A stretch of DNA of 63,669 nt, the filler included, from Klebsormidium nitens (Eukaryota > Plantae > Klebsormidiophyceae): NCBI GenBank assembly GCA_000708835.1. It is 6 parts of 6 records of this genome, joined end to end, with 100 filler letters (N's around TTAATTAATTAA, not from the genome) between each part and the next. Parts side by side here need not be neighbours in the genome. Positions count along the whole stretch, not along the records: positions 27,768 to 48,597 come from DF237924.1; 5 more parts are not named here. One strand, written 5' to 3'. How positions within the stretch are numbered: position 1 is the first letter of the stretch; each line of letters begins with the position of its first letter. The translations under genes were made by a program, and so were the position numbers. Below, in pieces: positions 36,101-48,289 of this stretch. The notes below the pieces were generated by a model, which ran no database searches, had not been told where the DNA came from, and worked only from the letters and a program-made list of their open reading frames with translations.

Positions 36101-36600
36101 AGATGCTGCAGCGCTGAGGAGTCAAGCACATGGACGCTTTCCAAGGGGCTGATCAAGGAACCACAGCCCACAAAACTCTCAGTTGCTATTCAACCTAAGC
36201 ACCTCCTGCAGTACCTTGCTGTTGCACTATGCTATGAGATGTGCAGTAGGTGTGCAAAAAACCCAGCGAAAGGAAGGATTCTTGCCTCGTTGATCAGCGC
36301 AGCGCCCATGCTGCTCTTTTGCAGTTGCTAATTGGTCAGCATGAAGGGTCGAAGCCGACGTCTGGAGAGAAGCACAGCAGCTCACATAGTCCTGGCGCAG
36401 CATGTGTTTGCTCCGCTGCAGCTGGTCACAACTGCCAGGTCCTCTTGCCAATGCTGCCTGAAGATCACAGGCAGCGGTCACCACGTGCTGGCAGTTCAGG
36501 ATGCGCTCACTGCGCTGAGCACAGCCCCCCCCGCCATTGATTAACGCCAACTAGAAGACAACCACTCTTGGCACAAGTCTGTTCATGAGGCCATCCAGCT
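30200..36600. pseudogene. Block of decayed, unidentified coding fragments
   Basis: Protein-like frames interrupted by isolated stops, for example minus 31150-30900 (DHFL*DIKFLSSQWFYHVTCNQTWLRRLA*KADYKDIHLHW) and minus 33560-33330. Short ORFs such as 32454-32837. No family recognised. Confidence 0.35.
35110..35680. repeat. Palindromic minisatellite family 2 array, about 6 units of about 90-105 bp
   Basis: GTACCAAGATTCTGC...CTCTAGAAGAGAACAGGCTTTTCTTGGTAC repeated. Confidence 0.85.
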
Positions 36601-36849
36601 CCGGCTATCCATCATGTTTTCTTGCGCAGGCCTGCAGGCCTGTGCATGGAAACAGGGATCGACCTGATGGACCTTAAGGTCAACTAACCGTACGGTACTG
36701 AGTGGCGGCACAGAGGCGCAATTAGGACATTCTTTCCGACTCCAAAAGTGTGAATACGTGCGTGGATCATCGCGACCGTCGATACGTTAACACGCAATGT
36801 CCGGGCACTAATCCCCGGGCACACAATACTAATACCAAAAGCAACTGGG

Positions 36850-36960
36850 TCGAACCCTAATATATCTACCGGTTGCCTTCAACCCTAACACTTCCTCACC
36901 GGTTGCCTTCAACCCCAAAATACTCACCGGTCGTGGCGAACCCTAACACTTCCTCACCGG
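36850..36960. repeat. Short tandem repeat of about 30 bp containing AACCCTAA
   Basis: CCGGTTGCCTTCAACCCTAACACTTCCTCA-like units, about 3-4 copies. Confidence 0.6.
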
Positions 36961-37588
36961 GCGCCTTCATTCACCGAGCGCCGTCGCACCAAGGAAAGTC
37001 CCAGTCACACTTTCGGAGTCGGAAAGAATGTCCATTTTTCCACAGTGACACCCGGCGCCGCCCGCGCATCCTGATCACATGATGCAATCGACAGTCTTGC
37101 ACGTGTCAGCCAATGATTGTCAGGGTGACTCAAGACTCACCCTGAGCGGAGCAAGCTTTGCGCTCAGCTAAAATGAAAGTCAGAGCTGGCAACTAGGAAT
37201 CTCAAATACTGGCCTGCAGCCTGCCTGAGTGGGAACGGCTCGATAGAGTACGGTAACGGCTGGATCGAGAAGTGCTGGTCCCTTATGGCGCATAGGCTAT
37301 GCCGGAAGGGCCCTGGTCGGGGTGCCCGGTAGACCGGCCGGGCTGGGTTGGGTGGAAATGCAAGGTCGCGCTCGATCCTGCGCCACTGGTAGTCGCGGGC
37401 GCGAGAAACTGGGGTTTGAAAGCGACGGATCGAAAAAAAATGGAAGTTTNNNNNNNNNNNNNNNNNNNNGATACACCATGTGTGACTTATATATTACTCA
37501 AACTTATGATCTCACTTTTTGAACAGGCCCAGATTTTGATACTGAGGAAACCCGCTGCACAGCTTTCCTGGCCCCACTGAGATACGTA

Positions 37589-38146
37589 ATGGCTCCGCTC
37601 TACGCTGTGACCACAGAGGACCACTATGATGATTACAAGCGGGCAGAAACCAGTAGCAAGCTAGTGGGCGTTTTCTCCAGCAGAGAGCGCGCCTTGAAGG
37701 TCGCTATCCTGCGTCTTATCGAGGACATACGAGAGCAACTAATCGACAGAGCTGATAACGAGGGGAAATCACTGACAGAAGCATTGCGCGAGTTCTGTAC
37801 GAGCTGCACGGCGGAATCGTTCGATGTAAGCCAGGGATTTGAGAAAGTGCAAGAGCTGGCAGAGGAGGTGTACGGAGAACCGGAGTTTACGATGGAATCG
37901 TCTGGAGTCAGGTATTTTGTTCAGGAAATCCCAGCTATTGATCAGGTTATTGATGGTGAGATCCTGGCGGAAGACTTTGATGAGGCCTGGGTTGATGACC
38001 TGAATGATCAGGAGGAGTTCAAACCTGACCATTCTGACGTCAGCTCTGATGATTTTGAGCTTGAGGATATGGACGAGGAGGAGCTGACTCTGCTAGCACA
38101 AGAAGCGGCAGAAGTTAATGCAGAGGAAACGGGAAAGGAGTCTTGA
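37589..38146 (+). CDS. Intronless hypothetical protein with acidic tail, paralogue A, 185 aa
   Basis: Clean ATG-TGA ORF, clearly homologous along its length to 39853-40440 (MAPLY.VT.E.H.DDYKRAE.SS..VGVFSS.ERALKVAILRL; YGEPEFTM.SSGVR). Confidence 0.7.
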   Translation: MAPLYAVTTEDHYDDYKRAETSSKLVGVFSSRERALKVAILRLIEDIREQLIDRADNEGKSLTEALREFCTSCTAESFDVSQGFEKVQELAEEVYGEPEFTMESSGVRYFVQEIPAIDQVIDGEILAEDFDEAWVDDLNDQEEFKPDHSDVSSDDFELEDMDEEELTLLAQEAAEVNAEETGKES

Positions 38147-39852
38147 ACAAAGCTGGTAAAGCTCGTTTGGTTGCAACCGAATACTAGCATTACAGACCCT
38201 GCGAAGTCCTGGTTTGACAACCAGGCGTGCTTGGTCTTTAGCAGTCGTCAAGCTATCTGGATTACTTTGGTCGGACTCATGGCGTGCTGTGTATAACCGT
38301 GATCTACGACAAGATACCGAATGTGACTTCAATGACAGGCTTTCTGGTCACGGTCTTAAACAAACACCAAGGAGTGTATTTGCTCCGAAGGTAGAAGTTG
38401 ACGTGAGAGATGAGTAGAGCATTTGCTATAGTAGTGAGAGTGTCCGCTTCTGAGACCTAAATATTAGTTCAAAGTCACGTCTTCAGGAGAGGAAGTTCGA
38501 AAGTGAAACAAGCATGAGAATGGACTGCATCACCTCTGCATCATGTTGTCCTAGTCTTTACGCCCACGGAGTTGATCCACAAGCAAGTCAACCATCATCT
38601 TACGTGGTCACAACGGCTGGAACCCTTTCTTTCTTCGTAAGATAAGTATCCATTTCCGTCACTGCGGAAGCGCCCGCCCCTTGAGGATGGCTCGTTCGGT
38701 TCATTTTATGGATTGCTCAAGGGTATCCGCCCAAGGGCAGCGCGCCAATTTCATGAGCTTTATACGCATCTCAATCCACAATTAGCGCTTCTTAATAAAA
38801 GCTTCTTAGACGTAAGTTTCGTTCAGTATGGAGTATGTTTTATGCGCAAGTTGCAGGTGGCATAATATAGTCGAGGATAGTAAATCCTCGTCAACATTCC
38901 AATTCGCTGATGTTTTCATCAATTGGAGGGGAACTTTTGCTTCAACTGCCCCTATCAGTGTAAAGTAGGCGCAATCTACATCACGTCATGGCGTGCGTTG
39001 GCGACGATGCACTACGTCTGCACTTGCTCAAATACCGCGTTCCATGCGTCCCATGCCTGCTACTTGTAAAGCAGATCTACGCACACGTGTCAAGAGCAAC
39101 GAACGTTGACACATCGACAAGGCTTCAATCTGCAAAATATGAACGATTTTTATCATTGCCAATCAGATCCTTCTGCTTGCGTTTTGACGTCGTTCTTCTC
39201 GCAGGTTATTAGCGAACTTGTCTCTTCAACCGTACGACTTCCACGAGAAGCCCGTGGGCCACGCACAGTACCAATTGGTAACGAAAGCGCGATTCGAAGG
39301 AGCATGTGTGCAGTTAGTGCAGTAATCTGAATCTGTGAAACCTTCGACTGAAGCGGCCGTTGCAGCAAAACCCGAGATAATGAATCATTAATCCGGTCTG
39401 CTAGCGCTAGATGCTCCGGAGTTCGAGTCGTCAACGACCAAGGCGCAGCAACTTAGGCTCGCCCCGGGAACCTCCCGGCAGCCGTCCCCGGGCTTGAAAC
39501 GGCAGGTTTTCACACTGTGACTGTGCCTTTCATGAGCAACCCGGGCCAGCCATCTGAAGGCCCCAGCGCTCTACTCTTGAGCTCATGGTGCGGACGTCCG
39601 TTATGCGTCCGTTGAAAGTTGTACGACGTCCGGTACGTCCAACTTGCGGATCCGGGATGGGTAAAACCCGCTGAACCGCCCGGCCGCGCTGCTTCATGTA
39701 CCCGGCCGCGCGGCTCGGGCCGGTGGCAGGGCGCGGGCAGCCGAGCTCGAAGTTCAATCTTCATTGCAAGGGATCAAGGTCGCTGCATCCACGCACGAGC
39801 CTCAGTGCCTTACAAACCCAGTACACCGCTCTCCTGCCAGTACAAAAGGTTG

Positions 39853-40440
39853 ATGGCTCCGCTCTACGTTGTGACCTTAGAAGAGCACGATGATGACTAC
39901 AAGCGGGCGGAATTCAGCAGCGAGGTGGTCGGCGTCTTCTCCAGCAAAGAGCGCGCCTTGAAGGTCGCCATTCTGCGTCTCCTTGAAGAGCTGAAACATC
40001 ATTTGTTCCGAAATGATGATACGGAGGCGAAGGCCATGAAACAAGAGCTGCAAGAGTTCTGTACGAGCTGCCAGGAGGAATCGTTCAACGTCAGCGAGGG
40101 GTTTGAGAAACTCAAAGGCCTAGCAGAGAAGGCTTACGGGGAACCGGAGTTTACCATGAAATCCTCTGGCGTCAGGTGTTTTAATCAGGAGATCCCAGCC
40201 GTCGGTCAGACTGCCGCCTCCGCTGATCACATCATCGACGGAGAAATGCTAGAACCAGAGGACTTTGATGAGGCCTGGGCTGACGACCTGAGTGACGTCG
40301 AAGAGTCTGAAGCTGACGAGTCTGATTGCAGTTCCGAAGACTTTCGTGAGCTTGAGGAAATGGAAGAGGACGAGGTAACTTTGTTACGGCAAGAAGCGGC
40401 GGAAGCGTGCCCGGAGAAAACGGGAACGGCGGCGTCTTGA
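39853..40440 (+). CDS. Intronless hypothetical protein with acidic tail, paralogue B, 195 aa
   Basis: ATG at 39853. Both paralogues keep an open frame despite many third-position differences. Confidence 0.7.
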   Translation: MAPLYVVTLEEHDDDYKRAEFSSEVVGVFSSKERALKVAILRLLEELKHHLFRNDDTEAKAMKQELQEFCTSCQEESFNVSEGFEKLKGLAEKAYGEPEFTMKSSGVRCFNQEIPAVGQTAASADHIIDGEMLEPEDFDEAWADDLSDVEESEADESDCSSEDFRELEEMEEDEVTLLRQEAAEACPEKTGTAAS

Positions 40441-41797
40441 AGAAGGCTGGCTTTCTAGTTGGTTGCAGCTTTAACGTTGTATCAGTGAAACCCTCTTCAA
40501 AACGAAGATTTATCACCGTGTCCAGGATCTTCAAAGTATTTGGATGCTCGGTCAACTTGCGGACCTACTGCAAGACTCTCACTCTTTTTTTCAGTTTCAA
40601 ATGCCCCGGGCTCTTGAACAAACACGTAGTAGTCCGTTATCCACAGATCAACCCAAGAGGTGAGGGGAGCATGTGAGTTATACGGGACAATGGCCGTTAC
40701 GGAGACCTGGTAAACGTTCGATCGGCACTCTCTTCTTGGAAATGATGGTTGAAACGAATATTTTGTGGAGAAGCACGGCAACAAAAACCTCTTTGCTGTG
40801 CTGCGTCCCTATGTTCAACGCCACAGACTCGCAACCAGACGGGAACCGGCTTATCAATTTGTTCACAGTAGCAGGATTCATTTGCTTGTATGCGTATCCT
40901 TTGATGTCATCAGTGCCAAAGCGAGAGCGAACAGTATCACCGTTCTATCCAGACCTTATTTGGATGTCGGATTCTGCGAACTTTTTGTGGTTGCTGACAC
41001 ATAAATGCTTATGGAACTTTGTACACTCGGACATACCCATCCTCGTCATCATTTTCACTAAGACTGCCAAAACTTGATTGTGTTGCGCAATCGATGCAAA
41101 AACGTCAACGCTTCAGCGCCTCCATAAAAGTGTCCTAATTAAAGGAGAAGTCTGTCTGCAGAAGTTGGGTTTTAAGCATGTTAGGGACGGAATGAAAGCG
41201 CACGCTAATTCATGGCCGCCATCGGAGTAGTTGCAAGCGGTGGCATCATGCATGCGCACCGCGCGCACGTACGCCGTCGATATCTTGTTTACAAGGGCAA
41301 AGTGACGCGGACCACAAGTTTGCACCGTCGACTCTGTCGTTAATGACAGAGCCTAGAGGCCGACGGTTACACGTGCAATGTCGGCGCTGGTACCCAGGCG
41401 CCTAGATATATGATTTAGTAAGCGCCCAATGGGAATACATTCACAGAATGATCACAGATTGCCTCAGATCCCGGTGCCATGCCCTTACACAATGCGTACA
41501 ACCATATTGTCTCACACATTTGCTTCATGGCACTTATTTAAGACGGTGACGAAACAAGGATTGCTTTGCGACAATGGCAGCCATCCGGCATGGACGGGGC
41601 ATCGGACCAGAAAAGCCTCGGGCTCATGTTCCAGCAGCTCAGACGGTAGGTTCGTTGCGTATGGGCAAATCCTTCGTAGCATGGCCGCAACCCAATGGGC
41701 TCGTTTGCTACTTCTCTAGACCTGCTGTTGAAAAATAAGAACCCCTGGAAAACAATTTCAATTCTTTAGGAAAAGGCACACGGGTTTCTCTACTATT

Positions 41798-44700
41798 CTA
41801 GCTACGTTGCTGCGGTTGGCCGTCAACTCCGCCCCCATCCGCCCGGTTCAACAACGACCCAAGCCGCCCTTTTTCCAGGTACTTTCGGCCCCTCTCCCGG
41901 AACGACGCCCCGATCTTCTTCCCGTAGTCCAGCACCAACGCCTTCCGATTCCCCATTGCTCCGTCTGCCACGTCAGCACCGCTGTCAACACTACCTGCGC
42001 TCCGCTCGCTGCCAAACGGACCTTCCCGTTCGTCCAGGCCTCCGTCTGCTCTGCTTTTCGGGGGAACCGGAACTAGACTCAGTTCCGTCCGAGCCTTATG
42101 GGTCGGGGACAAGGCGCCACCGACCAGGGACGAGCTCCGCGGCTGCTCCGGGGGCCCGTTTCTAAAGGCGTGCGGTACTGCTGGCTTAGGGAACGGGGCT
42201 GCCGGTCGGGCGACCAGGTCCCAAGGGTCCGAGGGGTCTGTCGGGGGCGAATGCCCCACGGCTCGGCTCGTCGGCTCTTCCACTACCGGAGGGAACGGAT
42301 CCCGTGCAGGGGGGCCCGTCCCACTGCCTGCAGCACCCCCATCCGAGGTACTGTTCTTCTCTCCTTCGCGCACATTGCCTGCGTCCCCGACTTTGCCCGA
42401 TTGCGCCAGCTCGTCTTCCCCAGTTGGGCTTGCCGCCTCACGCCCTGCTTCGAGGCCGCCGTTTACCGACGTAGCGCTCTCTTCGCCGATTGCCGCAAGC
42501 GGACCCGCGATCGCCGGCGATCGAACCGAGGCGCTACCGATAGAACCGTTCGGCTGGACACCCGCCTCATCCGACCGGCCTTCCAACCCAACGAAACCGT
42601 GCAGGTTCTCTAAACCCGCCATCGACTGCCCCTCCGTTTGCTTCGCAATTCCTCCTCGCTCCATGCCGTCGGTCCCTGCTCTTTTCTCCTGAACGACTTC
42701 CGTCTCCGTTGGCGCAGACCCCGTCTCGCCCAGACCTACTCCAGACGGATGCTCTCTACCCGTCGTTTCCTTTGCTTCATAAGGTCCCGGTTCTCTGGTC
42801 AACCCTTCCCTTCCTGGCGGCTGAGCAGGCGGCGTGATTGACCAAGACGTTGTCCCGGCCAACGGAGTCAGCGGAGCAACGGTCGGCGCCGCTACGGACG
42901 GCTGCCCAGAGGCTGCGGACGTCCGACTCGTAAACTCGTCTCCTTCCCTCTTCTCCGTCAGCGACTGACCGGCCGTCTCTGCCTTTGCGTTAGCCAACAC
43001 TCTACTTGACGCAGCCGGACTCGGCTTCGGACGTGTTGGGCTCGGAACGGCAGGCCCGACATTCGAACTTTCAGCCGTCGCATTTGCAGGTGACTTCGGG
43101 AACCCCCCGAACGGGACGGGTGACAGCAGAGGCGCTGGGCTCATGACGAGGGGGCCAGCAACGCCCGAGCTTCCCGGAGACTGAGCCACTCCCGCTTTCG
43201 GGGGGTTTCCGACTACCCCGCCTGGAGCCCCATTCGTACCCCCAGGGGCGCTGAAAGCACCGGGAGAAGCTGGCTTTGCCAATGAGGCAGCGACAGGTGT
43301 CGCCAAGTCCGAGGCGGAGCGTTTCCAGGCGGGAGGGGGATCCCCTTGGTAGAGTTCGTCGGGGTCGGTCATCATGTACGGGATGGTGATGTCCTCGCTC
43401 TGGGGGAAGACCAGCGAGTCGCGCAGCAGGTTCTGCAGGGATGGGGGCGGTTTGATCTGAAAATCCTCTTCTCTCTCGAATCTTTTTGAAGAGCAAGATT
43501 CAAGCTTTCGGGGATTTGTGCTGATCAACGGATACGACCTTGACATTGACTGAAGCGAGCCACATCTAGTGGACTGCTGGTGAATTCTGAGATCGCGGAA
43601 AAAGGAGAGAAGAAAGAGAAGGAGCTTGCGAGAAAGCTGCAGACGGGCGACATTTGCTCTCTGGGACCCGCAGCAGTTGCGAAAAGCCGTGAAGGTTCAG
43701 CGCAAAGGCGTGCGAAACAGGTAACCTCTGAGCGGAAGGAAAGAGACTTTCTTTCTGCGGTTTCCAGGCTGCAAAATTCCGACGATTATTGCCTCTGTTC
43801 ATCGACAATTCTTTAGCCCCAACTCCTCACCCTCAGCCGTTCCACCATCCAGGCCGCCAGGGGGTTCCTCGTGATATTTAGCTGCCCGACGCTCGGCCGC
43901 GACTCCAACTCCAGATCCGGCATCTCCGAGAATCCGAACCACAGCCGGTCCGTTGGCGGGGGCCCCAACCTCAACCTCGCGGTTCCCTCCAAACCGAGCA
44001 CGGTTACCGTCAAGGTTAGTGGGACCATGGAAACCTGCTCCGTCACGTGCTGCACCACGGGCTTCAACCGGGCGAGTACCCCAGTCATCGCGCTGTGGAA
44101 ATTGCCCTTGAGCCGCCGCCCGGGTGCCTTCCCCGCGCCCCCCAATGCCTCAAGCGCCTCCCCCCCGGTTTCTAAACCCTTGCTCGCTAACCCCGCCGCA
44201 ACTAGTTCTGCGCTTTCCACCAGCTCTTCGGCTTTCTCCGGGATGCTCCCGGGCTTGTCACTCAGGTTCTTAAACAGCCCCGTGTTGGCATATGCCCGCA
44301 TGTCGAGCCGCGTCTCAAACGTCAGCTTGGCGCTCCCCCGGTATTCGAAGTCGACCTCGACGCTGACCCCGGCTAGGGTTTGGCTGGAAGGGAGGACGCG
44401 CATCGCCCGAGCGAGGGGGGGTTTCGTGCCCAGGTCGAAGTGGGTGCACTTGAGAGAGCCCATGAAGGTGGGGGTCTCAACGCGCGCCAGCTTGCGCTGC
44501 GGAAGGGGGGCGACAAAGCTTGAGGGCTTGAAGGGTTACGTATTTTCAAGGGCTTGCGAAAAGGAAGCTTAGAAACATGCATACGCAGTGCCTTTGAAAT
44601 TAGTCGTTCACGAAGCTCACTGCAAAGAGTCCAGGCTTTGCTGACTGCGCTCAGATGCTGAAAGCTCGACAACTCTTTGTTTGCACAAAAAACAATGTTA

Positions 44701-47681
44701 CTAACGGACGGAATCCTGCAATCAAAAGATGAGGGAACATTCGTACCTTCCAGATACAAGCTGACTAATGCGGATTTCAAACAAGCACAAAGAAATATAT
44801 GTCAAAAAGAGAAACCAAGCAGACGGAAGTCGGCAGGCTGTGCACATGCACCTCGTACCTCGATCCTGTTCTTGATCATCTCCGCAACCTGCGTGTTCCG
44901 TGCCATGTCGAAGAAGAAGCGCGAGAACATGACGTTGCAGAAGCGCATGCCCCCATCGTGGCCCCCTGCGTGCTCCTCCGGTCGCCCAGCGCCCGCCTTC
45001 TTCCCGAAGCGGATAATGTTGTCGCCAAGCACCTTCCCATCAATCGCATCTTCACCTGGAAAGAGTACGATTCTAAGAACGCACGCAGACTCTAGTATTG
45101 GTCACGTTTTGGTGCCTGATTCTGTGCGTATACTACGCACACCTCATGATTTTGAGAGGGTCTCGAAACCCTTGAACAAGCTCAAAGACGTATTACGTTG
45201 CGTCAGAAGCTTCTGCAATTGTCTTTGCACAAAGAACGAGCTTGAGATGTGTTAGTCAGTTCGTCATTTAAGAGACCCGACCTGGAATCCTGCAGTACAG
45301 GTGGAATCATCCCGTTGACTCCTTCTCACGAAAGGAGTCTCTTCATCGTTCAAGAGAGACATCAGGCCAATAGGACCTGCTTCAATGACGATGACAGGGC
45401 AAGCACCTCAGAAGATCAGCATCATGACACCAGGTTCCGGAGCAACCATCAATAATTAAGTGATGAGAGGACGCTTATTTTAAAGTTGCTATTTCACCTT
45501 CTTCCCCTCCGCCTGTGCTCAACACATCCCCAACGACGCTTCCCTTCCTTCCGCTGTCCTCCCCTCCGCTGAACTCGTCACCGCTCAGTAAGCCCCCCGT
45601 ATCGCTGACATCATCCTCGCTCAGAACGCTGTCCCCCATGCTCGACCCACGACTTCGTTCTCCCGCATCTGGGGGGGCATCCCTCTTCTTCCTAAAGTTC
45701 AGCTTGCGCCCCCCCAGAAGACTTCGGACCCGGCTGGCCGGTCCCGATTTCGGCCCACTCTCCTGCCCCTCTCTTTTGGGACTGTCCTCTGTGTCGCTTT
45801 CCCCTTTCCGGGGGGGACTCGTTGGCCTCGCCCCAGGGCTTAGAACACCCCCCCCGGCAGCGGCCTCTTCGGCACTCCCCCAGCTTGCAAAACGCCCCTT
45901 GCTTCGCCGCTTCAGTTTCGCGCGCCACTTTCCAATGCTGGATGTGTTCCCAACTTCCTTTCCGTGGGGGTCGGACGCCAGCCACTCCTCACCCCCCTCG
46001 GCCATCTGGCGCACGAGCTCGGTGAACGTGGCGTAGTCGTCCCGCATCTTATGAGTGGACGGCTTCTCAGGGGCGTGTAAGCGAGCAGCGTACCGCAGCG
46101 AACTGCACCAGGACTCTTTCTCGAAGCCGGTCGCACAGTAGAGCAGCAGCTCGCCCGAGTTTGAGAACAGGGTCCGCTCTGGGTGCTTGATGCTGATGGG
46201 GAACTTCTTGGACCTTGCAGATCGAGAGAAATTTCATCAGAGAATAGCCCCAAAAAAGAGTGAAGACTCGTGATTCTCTAAAGGGCAGATTAAGCAAAGT
46301 AGCCAGTGGGCAAATTTGGACAACAGATGCCTGAGTGCCAGTTGATGGATCGGCCAGAGTGGACATGCATTAGGTTGCGCGTCGATCGAAAACCTACTGG
46401 GCCTCCAGTGTTGCCTTTGTAGTACCAACAGCTAGGAGGTACAGTACTGTTCAAGCCATATTACTCCTCTGGTATGTGCCTTGTGCCACCACGTGGCTAT
46501 GAAAAGCCATCCGATTGGCTAAGCAATGTGGGAAGCTTTTTGCTGCTTTTCGGTCGACGCGCACCCTTAAGTCTTGTACGGTCAATCAGGAAAATACATG
46601 ACCTCGATCAGGGTATGCATATCAAAGACCTTGGGCCGTACATTTTCAAGGGTTGAGACTTTCAACAAAAACCTGCTTCAGACTCTGCTACATGAACGCC
46701 TCACCATTTCCTTTCCGGGGCCCCGTTGGCCGATACCGCCCTTACGTCGCACCCGTCCAGTTTAATGATGGTCTTTTTGCCGTCAGGCCCTCCGAGCATC
46801 AGCATGTTGAAGTGCAGCTTCGCCTGACGCTTCTGGGGGGCCCAGCCAGGGGGCGCAAGAGCCCCCTTGCCGCCACGCTGGGAGGTCTTCAGCCATTCAG
46901 ATGGTGATGGCTTTGCCGCAATCCAGACACAACCCTGCTCAAAGGCAAGGAGAGAATGTTCGCCAAGAAATGGCTACACAATCGATCAACATAGCACCTG
47001 AAATCAGGTACTCGAATCAGGTAGCTTTGCGGTCTCTAATCATCACACTCCTCGTACCTCCCCTCAGGCAATCAAGGAAGTGATCAGATCAGGGAATATT
47101 TTAGGATATCCACGCCCATTTTTCAAAGCATAGTCTGCCGCACACTGTTCTTGAGATTCAAAAGTATCAGGCAATTTGGATAAAGGAGCAAAGGCATGCC
47201 ACATACGCTCAAGACTGCTCAAGACTTCTCCTGCATGCATCTCTTTCCAGGTTTGACTACAACTGTTTAGATAAGGACTTACCTCGTTTGAAACACTGGC
47301 CTGCCTCTCCAATGGTGAAGCAGACCCATCTTCCTTTGGTGTCAAAAGTTCCTCGCCAACTTCCTCAATGCTGCCTTCCCTCTTCGCCCGCACCTTCTCC
47401 CAGAAGAACCAGACAGCAGCAACTTGGCCTAAGATAACCAAGGCCAGGCCTGAGATGAGACCTGCTAAAAACCCTGGAGCATTAAACCTCAATCCAAGAA
47501 GACAGGCCAGGATGGCTCCTACTGCAGCCAGGAGCCAGTGCAGATCCCCAGCATTTCTACTCTCATTTGTAGCTGAAGGGGCTTCAGCCAGTGCGCTTGT
47601 TGTTTGATGGCCACTGTCGTAGGCAGGAACTGAATCAGTGTGCACTTCATCTGTCAAAACCTGCTCCGCGGCTCCTTCCAT
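41798..47681 (-). CDS. TEX2: TEX2/Nvj2-like membrane-contact-site protein (TM, PH-like, SMP domain, disordered tail); 6 exons, 1280 aa
   Basis: Exons 47681-47283, 46934-46705, 46213-45498, 45055-44859, 44496-43831, 43432-41798 sum to 3843 nt in phase. N-terminal TM segments. PH-like IKLDGCDVRAVS...RKWSKKFPI...EKESWCSSLRYAA. SMP GMRFCNVMFSRFFFD...TPTFMG...DLGTKPP...PPTDRLWFGFSEMPDL...LRDSLVFP. The symbol is family-level only. Confidence 0.88.
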
Positions 47682-48163
47682 CACTGTAAACAATCTGCTC
47701 AGAATTGTCCTTAGACTCAAGAGCTTTGGACTTCACCTAGTTGCGGGTCCTTCCGAATGTCAACACCACATTCCCAATCCTTGTCACAGGAAGGAAGCGC
47801 TTCAATCACGGACCTCTGTCACATTCCTGCTGCTCAAACGGGATCCTACAGTAGGGAAGACCAATGCTGCCAAATGCCTTCCGGGGCCATCTCCATGCCT
47901 TCTGTAGACACAGTACAGCTAGCTACGCCATGTCCGCTTTGCAGACCTCATGTCAATGAGCTGAGTGAGTCCTCTAGAATTCGAGTCATGCATGGCAGAT
48001 TCCTTTTCTGGTCCAGCACGGCCCGTGGGCTATCGCGCCGCTTATGCTTCTTCCCTATGCCCGCCTATTGTTCAAGGCAGGAGGATTTATAATGGCACGC
48101 CAGATATATGACGCATTGACTTGAGAGGCCCAAGACTCGCCGCAAGAGTGGATGGAGGGATAG

Positions 48164-48289
48164 TGTCAATCCCGGCGGGCCGGGATCCCGGCCGGCCAAT
48201 CAACCGTACTGGGGGACACTCCGAGTCCCAACACCCTTCACCTAAAGGGTTTCATCCTTCAACCGGGCCCTAGTCCCCGGGTAGATTGA
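48164..48289. repeat. Possible tiny inverted-repeat element
   Basis: Begins GTCAATC-CCGG and ends CCGGGTA-GATTGAC. No TSD found. Confidence 0.25.

Noticed and set aside
36850-36960. Interstitial telomere (also TTAGGGTT at about 60420-60510)
   Set aside because: Only isolated AACCCTAA motifs within longer units. There is no tandem telomeric run.
41807-46036. Numerous plus-strand ORFs over the TEX2-like gene, and similar antisense ORFs over the primase and transposon genes
   Set aside because: Shadow ORFs of GC-rich coding sequence with no motifs.
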